From Candidatus Bathyarchaeota archaeon (GTDB lineage Archaea; Thermoproteota; Bathyarchaeia; 40CM-2-53-6; RBG-13-38-9), in the NCBI GenBank assembly GCA_963807605.1, contig CAWECG010000003.1, positions 384,001-448,000 of the forward strand: a DNA stretch of 64,000 nucleotides. Direction: 5' to 3'. Every line of letters begins with the position of its first letter. The first letter of the stretch is position 1. A program made the translations under genes and the position numbers. This document shows, piece by piece, positions 29,274 to 37,593 of this stretch. The notes under the pieces are model-generated. The model did no database searches and was not told where the DNA came from. It saw only the letters and a program-made list of their open reading frames with translations.

Positions 29274-30571
29274 TTCATCCGAACAAAGTAATCATCCACA
29301 GAGACGTTCTTCGAGAGATCCGCGAGGACGTGAAGCATTGGAGTGAAAGACAATTGGAGTCCGGCGGCTATCTTCTGGGCAATATCCACACACCGACTCT
29401 AGTTCTTGAGATCACTGATTTCATAGATGGAGGACCAAATGCAATACACACCGGGATTAGTTTCTCACCTGACAATGAATATGCAACCGTGGCTAAAGCA
29501 GAGCTTCAAGCAGCTAAGCCAGATATTCGTTTGGTCGGCGAGTATCACCTTCATCCTTGGAGCGGTTATCCTCGTCCGAGTGGAGGGGACAAACACCAGC
29601 TTCAGCAGATCAAGAACAGCCTAAGACCATGGTATGTCATAATGTTAGCAACACCCAATGGATTCAGGCTTTGGGACTTGGATGAAGAAACAGCGTTCAC
29701 CGAATTGCCTCACCAAGTCATCCGGGTCTCAACACGCATCGATCAAACAGAATTGCTTAACAGGATCTCAGAAATCACACAGCATGAGCTTCTTGCAAAG
29801 AAACGGGTCACAATAATCGGTCTGGGTAGCGGCGGCTCAGTAATATCGAAATATCTTGGAAACACCGGAATTGGCAACTTCATTCTCATCGACGATGAAA
29901 GACTTGAACTTACAAACGTAATTCGTCATGAAGGGACACTAGAAGAGATAGGGAGGCCCAAGACTGAGATCTGCAAGAGAATTATTGAACTGCACAACCC
30001 GTTTGCAGTCGTCAAGACATTTGAGATAGATGTCCTAGAGGAGAAAAACAAATTCGAGGAAATCGTGACAAGCTCAGACCTGGTTATAGCATCCAGCGGT
30101 AATGCAAAAGTCAATAATCTGATCAACAAAATTTCCATTGAAAAGAATATTCCGGTAGTGTACGGCGGCATCTTTGAAAAGGCATCCGGAGGCTATGTCC
30201 TTCCAGTAATTCCTAACAGAACCGCATGCTTCAACTGCCTGTTCAATTTGACAGCGCAATCGTACCATGTAGATAAATCAGCTGCACAAGCATACAATGT
30301 TCCCGAGGCAGAACTACACAACCAACAAGGACTATGGATAGACATATCGATACCCGCTCTCTTTTTGGCAAAGTCTGCGTTGATGATACTCCAGGGAGAA
30401 GTGCTTGAGCACAACCTGCTGTTATACAAGAATCCATTCGATCTCAAGAAGTTCAAAATAGACAGAAGAGGCGACTGCTCAGTCTGCAATTTTGACGGAT
30501 GGCTAGAGAAGCAAGAAGTTCAAAACAAGAAACGATCAATTTTCTCGAGGTTCAAGAGAGCCAGACAGTAG
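29270..30571 (+). CDS. JAB/MPN+ isopeptidase fused to ThiF/MoeB-type E1 activating enzyme
   Basis: ESGGYLLG and EYHLHP...PSGGD (JAMM); IIGLGSGGS, IDDERLELTNVIRH, IGRPK, CFNC...CSVC. Confidence 0.88.
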   Translation: MIHPNKVIIHRDVLREIREDVKHWSERQLESGGYLLGNIHTPTLVLEITDFIDGGPNAIHTGISFSPDNEYATVAKAELQAAKPDIRLVGEYHLHPWSGYPRPSGGDKHQLQQIKNSLRPWYVIMLATPNGFRLWDLDEETAFTELPHQVIRVSTRIDQTELLNRISEITQHELLAKKRVTIIGLGSGGSVISKYLGNTGIGNFILIDDERLELTNVIRHEGTLEEIGRPKTEICKRIIELHNPFAVVKTFEIDVLEEKNKFEEIVTSSDLVIASSGNAKVNNLINKISIEKNIPVVYGGIFEKASGGYVLPVIPNRTACFNCLFNLTAQSYHVDKSAAQAYNVPEAELHNQQGLWIDISIPALFLAKSALMILQGEVLEHNLLLYKNPFDLKKFKIDRRGDCSVCNFDGWLEKQEVQNKKRSIFSRFKRARQ

Positions 30572-30581
30572 CTCTCCACAC

Positions 30582-31262
30582 ATGATTTCTTTGGTGACTG
30601 GAATGAGCAGTACACAGAATATTTGGCAGGTTCTAGAGCAAACATTGGCGCGAGTTAACAATCGACTAGGTCAAGTTGAGAACAGGCTCGTCCAACTTGA
30701 AAACCAGCAAGAAAGACCACGAACGATGTTCAGTGAGAGAAGGGTTGTCGAGGCTGCCGGGCTTCTTGGTGGGAGAGAACTTCTAACCTCTGCAGATAAT
30801 AGCATCACAAGAGTAACACACCAACCAGTCTGCGATATATGCGGTCGCGTATTACGAATTGAGGACGAAGAATTCAGCATCTGTCGTTCATGTGGAAAGA
30901 AGCTGTGCCGAGAATGCGGAATAAAATACTCGAGTGCACTCTATTGCATTGCCTGTCTTAGGCGACAGGTTCCTCTCGAGAAAGCCTCGTACAAAATCCT
31001 TGTAGCAGTGGCAAACTGTGTAACTCGGGCAAGCACAATAGCTGAGCTGGTTAAGTTACCGAGGAAGAACGTGGAAGACCGACTGACCGAACTATTCAAC
31101 ACTAATCTGATCATGAAACAAGGTCTTTCAATATTCTCTCGGATCTCTGTTACCGCCGAAGGACTGGAAGCTATCGGGGTCTTTCGTGGAGCGTACGGGT
31201 CAGACGAGGATGCCCTGCAGTTTGACAGTGAGTTACGCAGATACTTGATGACCCGAGGGTGA
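30582..31262 (+). CDS. coiled coil + 8-Cys binuclear zinc finger + winged helix protein
   Basis: CDIC-x13-CRSC-x4-CREC-x9-CIAC; TIAELVKLPRKNVEDRLTEL...VTAEG. Confidence 0.75.
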   Translation: MISLVTGMSSTQNIWQVLEQTLARVNNRLGQVENRLVQLENQQERPRTMFSERRVVEAAGLLGGRELLTSADNSITRVTHQPVCDICGRVLRIEDEEFSICRSCGKKLCRECGIKYSSALYCIACLRRQVPLEKASYKILVAVANCVTRASTIAELVKLPRKNVEDRLTELFNTNLIMKQGLSIFSRISVTAEGLEAIGVFRGAYGSDEDALQFDSELRRYLMTRG

Positions 31263-31266
31263 GGTT

Positions 31267-31467
31267 GTGGGCTTCAGAGATTCAATGGACAGAGCAATAA
31301 CCGCGTTGATCGTTCTGGGCTTGGCCCTCTTCAGCATTGGGCTGATTTCATGGATCGCCAATCTACTGCAGAGATACAACCTATCATGGGAACTTCAACT
31401 AGCCGCGATTGGTGTGGTCTTGATTCTTCTCGCGTCGATTGCTGCGAAGCTATTCTCAAGAGATTAA
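31267..31467 (+). CDS. small 2-TM protein
   Basis: Two hydrophobic helices; sits within the operon. Confidence 0.6.
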   Translation: MGFRDSMDRAITALIVLGLALFSIGLISWIANLLQRYNLSWELQLAAIGVVLILLASIAAKLFSRD

Positions 31468-33682
31468 GTCTGAACAAAATGCCGGTCTGGGTGATAGACT
31501 CTTGGTAGAACACACGTTTGCAGCAAACAGCATCAGAGAGCGCAAAGAAAAAGTTGCCCAGCTTCTTGACAAACAACTGGTTCGATCATCAATACTCTCC
31601 CAACTTGCGGATGACACGACTGATTCAATAGAGGGCGACCTAAACGCATATCTCACTATCCATTATCTTCCAGAACTCGCCGGAGAAGTTCCAGTATTCA
31701 ACTATCCAGATCCGACCACAGCGGACGGCGATTTTCTAATCGGAGCAATCAACGATCACAACAAAACGTTTCGATTCGCCACACGAAAGCAGGAGATGAT
31801 TCGCCATCTCCTTTTTGCAGGCTCAAGCGGAAGTGGTAAGACCAATCTGGCTCTGCTGCTAGTCAGTCAGTTTCTCAGAAAAGGCAAGCCCTTTCTCGTG
31901 GTTGACTGGAAGCGCAACTATCGTGACCTGATTACTCTCCCTGAAGCAACCGGCAAGGAAATACTAGTCTTCACGGTCGGCCGTGAAGTCTGTCCATTTC
32001 ACTTCAATCCGTTGATACCGCCGAGAGGAACCAGCCCACACGTCTGGCTTTCAAAACTGATCGAAGTTATCTCACACGCTTACTACTTGGGTGAGGGCGT
32101 GGAGTACCTACTGTGCAAGGCAATCGATTCAGTTTACAGGCAATTCGGTGTATATGATAGAAGCAACAACTGGCCAAGCTTCAGGAACGTGCTCTCATAC
32201 CTAGAGAGCTACGACTGCAAGGGAAGAGAGTCACAATGGCTTGCTTCTGCATTGCGTGCGGTCGCAGCCCTTTGTTTCGGAGAGATGGACAGAATAGTCA
32301 ACCATGGCAACTACCCAATAGATAGAGTTCTGACTAAAAATGTGGTCCTTGAGGTTGATGCTCTACCTGACTCGGCTAAGATATTCCTGACAGAGTCACT
32401 GTTACTTTGGATTCATCATTTCAGAATGGCTGAAGGAAAGAGGGAGACCCTAAAGCACATTTGCATTCTTGAAGAAGCTCACCACATCCTCTCAAGAAAA
32501 CTGCAGATAATATCTGGCACTGAAACCATAACAGACATCCTCCTCAGAGAAGTCAGAGAGTTCGGCCAGTCTGTGATAGTGATCGACCAGGACCCAAGCT
32601 TACTCTCAATTCCTGCGCTAGGCAACACTTACACCACGGTCTGTTTTGGCCTGAAAGAGAGAAGTGACATAAATGTCATGGCCGCAGCGCTAAACCTCGA
32701 TTACAGGGACAAAGATATCTTAACCAAGCTTGAGGTCGGTCATGCTATAGTTAAGCTTCAAGGAAGATGGCCCGAACCTTTCCTTATCGAAATCCCAAGA
32801 GTCGACATCCACAAAGGATCTGTAACTGACGAACAGCTCAAAGACCAAATGGCATGGTTTTACAAGGAATTAGGACAAAATCGAACCGAAACACAGCCAC
32901 TAGAAGAATCTAGAGAAATTATGCCTCGGAATAAAGAGCAAACAAGTAAAGATCAAACAAGAGAAAAAGGCCAACTGGCACACCAAGAAACAGAAGAGAA
33001 GGTAAGAACTCAAGAACCAAAAAGACAAACAGAAAATATTGCAGGGAAACAAGGCACAGCCAAAACAGAGATAGAATCAGGGGAGTTAAGTGAAGCAGAA
33101 AGAGAGCTACTGATTGACATTCTAAGAAATCCACTAAGCAAGGTAACAGATCGGTACGCAAGATTAGGACTGAACGAATATCAGGGAAACAAAGCCCAAA
33201 CAAGACTGGCTGAAAAAGATCTAATAAGAACCGAGATGCTGCCCGCATATCAAAAGAGGGGCTATTGGGGCAAGGCCTTTGAACTCACGGAGAAAGGGCA
33301 ACAGACTCTCGCTACACTCGGTCATATGCAACCACAGCAGACCAAAAGAAAAGGAGGACTCCAGCACAAACACATCACAAAACTGCTCGCAGAAAAACTC
33401 CGGACTCAAGGCCATCAAGTCCAAGAAGAATATCAGCTAGGCTCTGGCGAAGCAACTGATTTACTGGTGGACGGACAAACAGCAATCGAAATCGAGAGAA
33501 GCACCAGGAACTCGGCAGACAATGTCAAGAAGAACCTCGCACATGGCTTCACAGTTCTGGTAGTCGCTGAGACGGCTTCCCTAAAGTCAATTCTCAGAAA
33601 ACTTCTAGCTGAGCAAGGCCTCGGCTCAGTCGTGGTGATGGAAGTAAAGGAGCTACTGAGCAGTGGGCTCCCCGCAGTTTAA
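31439..33682 (+). CDS. DUF87/HerA-VirB4-like ATPase with C-terminal wHTH and PD-(D/E)XK-like nuclease
   Basis: HLLFAGSSGSGKT, ICILEEAHH, REVREFG, VIDQ; GGLQH...QEE...TDLLV...AIEIE. Confidence 0.85.
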   Translation: MLRSYSQEIKSEQNAGLGDRLLVEHTFAANSIRERKEKVAQLLDKQLVRSSILSQLADDTTDSIEGDLNAYLTIHYLPELAGEVPVFNYPDPTTADGDFLIGAINDHNKTFRFATRKQEMIRHLLFAGSSGSGKTNLALLLVSQFLRKGKPFLVVDWKRNYRDLITLPEATGKEILVFTVGREVCPFHFNPLIPPRGTSPHVWLSKLIEVISHAYYLGEGVEYLLCKAIDSVYRQFGVYDRSNNWPSFRNVLSYLESYDCKGRESQWLASALRAVAALCFGEMDRIVNHGNYPIDRVLTKNVVLEVDALPDSAKIFLTESLLLWIHHFRMAEGKRETLKHICILEEAHHILSRKLQIISGTETITDILLREVREFGQSVIVIDQDPSLLSIPALGNTYTTVCFGLKERSDINVMAAALNLDYRDKDILTKLEVGHAIVKLQGRWPEPFLIEIPRVDIHKGSVTDEQLKDQMAWFYKELGQNRTETQPLEESREIMPRNKEQTSKDQTREKGQLAHQETEEKVRTQEPKRQTENIAGKQGTAKTEIESGELSEAERELLIDILRNPLSKVTDRYARLGLNEYQGNKAQTRLAEKDLIRTEMLPAYQKRGYWGKAFELTEKGQQTLATLGHMQPQQTKRKGGLQHKHITKLLAEKLRTQGHQVQEEYQLGSGEATDLLVDGQTAIEIERSTRNSADNVKKNLAHGFTVLVVAETASLKSILRKLLAEQGLGSVVVMEVKELLSSGLPAV

Positions 33683-33788
33683 TCCCCTTCCTAATCCTTC
33701 CTTTTCGTCTTCTTCCTCTGCCACTACCCAAGACCAAGCCAGTTTGAATCAAAAGACTTGAGAATCATGCTAATTCGGAGGAAAGAAA

Positions 33789-34145
33789 TTGAGAACACTC
33801 ATCGGCACTTGTGAGATATGTGGAGATGAGGTCTGGGAGGAGGACGGTCTGTTGTTGATGAATTCCTGCTACAGATGTGACAGATGTGGCAGATGGACCT
33901 GTTGGGGATGCGGCGGATACAGCACGGGAGATGGCTATGGAACAGAGGATGAGTCGAAGTACAGAAGCATATGCAAGGAGTGCTACTACGAGCTACAAGC
34001 AGAATATGCAGCCAAATGGGAAGCAGAGTACGGAGCTGAGGAAAGGGCTCGTGGAATGGAGAATCCTTACGATTTCAGCGAGGAAGAAAAAGAGTGGCGG
34101 GAACGTTTACGCTCGTATCAACCGCGCAGAGACAGCCATGGGTGA
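33789..34145 (+). CDS. multi-Cys zinc-finger protein
   Basis: CEIC, CDRC-x4-CWGC, CKEC; GGAGG upstream. Confidence 0.6.
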   Translation: MRTLIGTCEICGDEVWEEDGLLLMNSCYRCDRCGRWTCWGCGGYSTGDGYGTEDESKYRSICKECYYELQAEYAAKWEAEYGAEERARGMENPYDFSEEEKEWRERLRSYQPRRDSHG

Positions 34146-34210
34146 TCAGGAAAGATGTTGGGCCGATGAGAGTTGTCGGTCCTGCTCTTATGCCTCCGCA
34201 GCAGGTTTAT

Positions 34211-34248
34211 TTATTGAAATATCGATAATATTATTGAAATTTCAATAA
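34211..34248. promoter_or_regulatory. tandem palindromic operators upstream of MNT-HEPN
   Basis: Perfect 18-bp palindrome TTATTGAAATTTCAATAA at 34231-34248; imperfect copy at 34211-34228. Confidence 0.65.
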
Positions 34249-34259
34249 GTGAGTCTTTT

Positions 34260-34841
34260 ATGTTGCCTGAGAACGAGCTCAAAGTCCTCGCGGCTTTCTT
34301 TCCTGAAGATGGAGATAAGACCATACAGGAATTGCGAGAAGCGGCTGGCTACTCATACGAGAGGGTCTACTCCTCACTAAACTCACTTGTGAATAAGCGT
34401 ATTGTGTCAAGGAGAAAGGTGGGCCGCACATTAGTCTATACTATAGACACATCTAACGATCTGGCCCTTCTAGCTTTCACTTATCATACCATCAGCAGGA
34501 GAACATCACTTATGGGTAGGTATTCAACAGTTGGGAAGGCGTTAGCAGAGTTTCTGGCAAAGGCTAAGACGGATATAGTGGTTCTTTTCGGCAGTTACGC
34601 CAAGGATGAAGCTAAAGAGGGTAGCGACGTCGATATTCTCTGTGTTAACGGTAGAGCTGATGTGGAAAGGATTGCATTGTCCCTGAGACACAAATTCAAT
34701 CTAAGGATCACTCCGGTCTTGATGGCCAAGGATGATTTTCTGAACATGAAGAAGGAGAATCCGGAATTTTGGCGTGACCTCGTTCAATTTGGAGTGGTCT
34801 TGAAGGGGCATGAACAGTACTACAGCCTAGTCTACAGGTGA
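34260..34841 (+). CDS. wHTH + minimal nucleotidyltransferase (MNT antitoxin)
   Basis: N-terminal wHTH; VLFGSYAK...SDVDIL. Confidence 0.85.
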   Translation: MLPENELKVLAAFFPEDGDKTIQELREAAGYSYERVYSSLNSLVNKRIVSRRKVGRTLVYTIDTSNDLALLAFTYHTISRRTSLMGRYSTVGKALAEFLAKAKTDIVVLFGSYAKDEAKEGSDVDILCVNGRADVERIALSLRHKFNLRITPVLMAKDDFLNMKKENPEFWRDLVQFGVVLKGHEQYYSLVYR

Positions 34842-34859
34842 TTCTGAGGCGAAGTATGT

Positions 34860-35396
34860 TTGGAAAGGAACATCAACTGGTTCATACACCAAGGATTACT
34901 TTTGAAGACTCCTTTCATAAGGAGACTTGCTCCAAGGTTGCAAGACAAGGCGCGAAGTAACCTCATCACTATGAATATTCTCTTCGATCTCTACAGCAAT
35001 GAAGGGGCCAGAAGGGTACTGAACATTCCAGATGAGTATGATCCTGGAGAGTGGGTTGTGATCTCAGGGTACTATGCAATGTACATGATGAGCTTAGCTG
35101 CCCTTTCAAAGATAGGCTTCAGAAGCAAGAATCATGCGGCCACGGCTGTCGCTCTGGAAACCTTCTTTGTTAAGAAGAAGCTGCTTGAACCAGAGATTCT
35201 GAAAATGCTTGAGAATGCAAGGCTTGAGAGAGAACAGATAGAACAGTTGAAACTGGCAAAACAGAGGCGGGAGATAGCTCAATACAGCGTGACGAAGGAG
35301 ACCACTCGAAAGATTGCGGAGAACATACGGGGAGATGCTTTCAAATTTGTTGAGAGATTGGAGGCACTAATCGAGAGCTTGCCGTTGACTGCCTGA
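34860..35396 (+). CDS. HEPN domain protein (MNT-HEPN partner)
   Basis: GYYAMY..LAAL, SKNH, RREIAQY. Confidence 0.8.
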   Translation: MERNINWFIHQGLLLKTPFIRRLAPRLQDKARSNLITMNILFDLYSNEGARRVLNIPDEYDPGEWVVISGYYAMYMMSLAALSKIGFRSKNHAATAVALETFFVKKKLLEPEILKMLENARLEREQIEQLKLAKQRREIAQYSVTKETTRKIAENIRGDAFKFVERLEALIESLPLTA

Positions 35397-35404
35397 CCAA
35401 CCGA

Positions 35405-35608
35405 TTAGCTCGATTGCTGATCTATAGCACTCTTTTCATCTAAAAGCGCGCGCGCAAATTCATAGTAAGTTATTCCCAAGGTTGAGGCCGCCTGCCTGTA
35501 AGTCATCCTGCCCCGCTTAACCTTCTCTGTAACTTCACAGAACCGCTTCATTCCCTTTTCTCCAAATATGGCCTTGTATAGATCAGTGAACTGTTTCACC
35601 TCGAACAT
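35405..35608 (-). CDS. small HTH protein
   Basis: GRMTYRQAASTLGITYYEF. Confidence 0.55.
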   Translation of the reverse strand: MFEVKQFTDLYKAIFGEKGMKRFCEVTEKVKRGRMTYRQAASTLGITYYEFARALLDEKSAIDQQSS

Positions 35609-35673
35609 CTCTATCAGCTGTTGGTTACCAAAGGAACTCTCTGTTCTTTAGGATTGCTAACGGAGGGTTAGAT

Positions 35674-35859
35674 TTGTTCAGCCTCGAAACAAAGCGTAGG
35701 ATATCGATAAGAAGACTCAAGGACTTCGCGCTGGAGAAGCTTCCGAGCAACTCAGCATTAAGGGATGTTCTGTTGGCAGAGGATGATGAGCTCGAAGCTG
35801 TCGATCTATCAGTCAAGATTGACGTGTGGCTGAAGCTGCTCAAGAGGGAATTCTTGTAA
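35674..35859 (+). CDS. small hypothetical protein
   Basis: 61-aa ORF with GGAGGG upstream. Confidence 0.55.
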   Translation: MFSLETKRRISIRRLKDFALEKLPSNSALRDVLLAEDDELEAVDLSVKIDVWLKLLKREFL

Positions 35860-36077
35860 ACGACCCTGCCTAGCCTTTGCTTTCATGAATTAGAAAGCAG
35901 CCTAGCGCCCCGACAAAGAAGGCAATGATGAATTCCACGATTCTAGCATCCACGCCGGTGCCGATTATTGTCAGCGTCTCCGTCGCAGCATCGTAGTCTG
36001 TTACGATGGCAAGTAGAGTGAGGCGTTGAGTTCGAATAGTTTTGCAAACAGAGAATTCTACGCTATGAGGAAGAAAT

Positions 36078-37352
36078 TCATGGGCCTTTCATTATTACCC
36101 TTCCGTCAGGTAGTGTCATCATAGGTTCCCATCCTTCGTCTATGAACTTCTCGATTTCATCAACTCTTACAACTTTACGGGAGGAGTCTTTCTTTGAAGT
36201 GTCCTCGTTGCGGTTCTGACCCTGAGAGAGAACTTGCTGTCCTTTCTCGGTTACTAGCTGAGATACGAGATCTTCGAGCTGCCTTAGCCGCTCCTCCAAC
36301 TGTTGACGGGAAAGCTGAGACTCACGTCGGACCTCCTCAGCCTCAGAGATTGTTAGCAGAGGCACAGCCTTAAGATAGTCTTCCAGAAGGTCCTTCTCTA
36401 TCGGCCTATAGTAACTGTCGGATATGCCTGTTGAGTGACCCATCAAAGTCTCAACATTGATAGGCTTCATGACCTGCTCTGCCCTAGTTTTGAAGAACTT
36501 TCTTATTGAGTGAATGGAGAACTCATGTCTTCTCTTCTTCTCCTTTCGCAGTCCGAATTTCCAGAGCATATCCTCGAAGAGTCGCCTTACACCCCTGACC
36601 TGCAGCCTTCTTGGTTTGTTGATGTCGCCCTCGTGAAGGTTCTTTACTGTTTGCCATCTATCCCTAATCAACGGTGAATCTCCAGCTATTTTCTCTCCCT
36701 GAGAAGCACGCAACTGCACGTACTGCTCTAGCTTCCGATAGGCTTCAGGCGTTATGAATGTCTGGTACTCTTCTGATTCACCGGCATAGACACGAAGTTT
36801 TGCGGCAACAACCTTCCCATCCGTCTTTATGGGCTCCACATGCCCCCAGTTGAGATACTCCCACGCGCCGATCCTGATTCCACTGCTCGCCATGGTGAGA
36901 ATGATTGCTTGGAACCTCAGATCCGAGTTTGTTACAAGCAGTCTTAACTCATCAATGGTCGGTGCCCTGTCAAGCGCATATCTTCTTGCACTCGGCAAAA
37001 GTCGCGAAATCTTCTTCCAGTTTATCCCCGAGACATCATTCATCTCCAGGAGCAGCTTAACAGGCTTCTTCATATTGCCGACAGTGCTAGGCTCTATCTC
37101 CTTTCTGGATGCTCTCTCCTTTTCATTCAAGAGAAAACTAAGAATCTGATTCTGAGCCCAGCGGGAATTCTTCTTAGCCTTCCCAACAAAACTGTCAACA
37201 TCCATGCCAACATATTCTAGGAAAGTGGCAAGTCTCCGCTGGTAGATTTCGCGCGTAGTAGGGCTCTTGATAGCCTCAAGAAAAAGCTTCGAGGCTTTGC
37301 CCTCAAGTAAGGAAAGATCCTTGAGCTTCCTACCAGCTGGCAACTCAATCAA
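36078..37352 (-). CDS. tyrosine recombinase/integrase (next to tRNA 3' end)
   Basis: SSGIRIG (R), HSIRKFF, LMGH, SDSYY (Y). Confidence 0.9.
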   Translation of the reverse strand: MIELPAGRKLKDLSLLEGKASKLFLEAIKSPTTREIYQRRLATFLEYVGMDVDSFVGKAKKNSRWAQNQILSFLLNEKERASRKEIEPSTVGNMKKPVKLLLEMNDVSGINWKKISRLLPSARRYALDRAPTIDELRLLVTNSDLRFQAIILTMASSGIRIGAWEYLNWGHVEPIKTDGKVVAAKLRVYAGESEEYQTFITPEAYRKLEQYVQLRASQGEKIAGDSPLIRDRWQTVKNLHEGDINKPRRLQVRGVRRLFEDMLWKFGLRKEKKRRHEFSIHSIRKFFKTRAEQVMKPINVETLMGHSTGISDSYYRPIEKDLLEDYLKAVPLLTISEAEEVRRESQLSRQQLEERLRQLEDLVSQLVTEKGQQVLSQGQNRNEDTSKKDSSRKVVRVDEIEKFIDEGWEPMMTLPDGRVIMKGP

Positions 37353-37409
37353 AAATATGATGCCTACGGCTCGATATAAATTTTGAGCCCACTTCTAGAC
37401 GCAATAATG

Positions 37410-37529
37410 TGGCGGGCCCGCCGGGAATTGAACCCGGGACCCCGACCCAGGACACACTTTGTGTCTCCTTCCGGGTGGCCTCCAAAGTCGTTAAAAGCCC
37501 GGTACTCTACCTGACTAAGCTACGGGCCC
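37410..37529 (-). tRNA. tRNA-Lys(UUU) with two introns (37/38: 37477-37491; 43/44: 37443-37470), CCA encoded
   Basis: GGGCCCG acceptor, CCGGG-CTTTTAA-CCCGG anticodon arm, GTTCAATTC T-loop. Removing the 15- and 28-nt BHB-bounded inserts gives a 77-nt cloverleaf. Confidence 0.92.
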
Positions 37530-37593
37530 GTCCTTATTGTCCCTAACTAATCCTTATATCTTTGTCTCTTCCATGTGTTTCTTTGGGTCAGGG

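Noticed and set aside
29270-30571. Housekeeping ThiF/MoeB sulfur-transfer enzyme or CBASS Cap2/Cap3
   Set aside because: Flanked by E2-like genes, with no thiamine/Moco genes and no CD-NTase in the window
10324-35456. AGCGCGCGCT-type palindromes at about 10324, 15430, 27019 and 35445
   Set aside because: Short and low-complexity. They lie near junctions but share no further flanking sequence, so the evidence for att sites is insufficient
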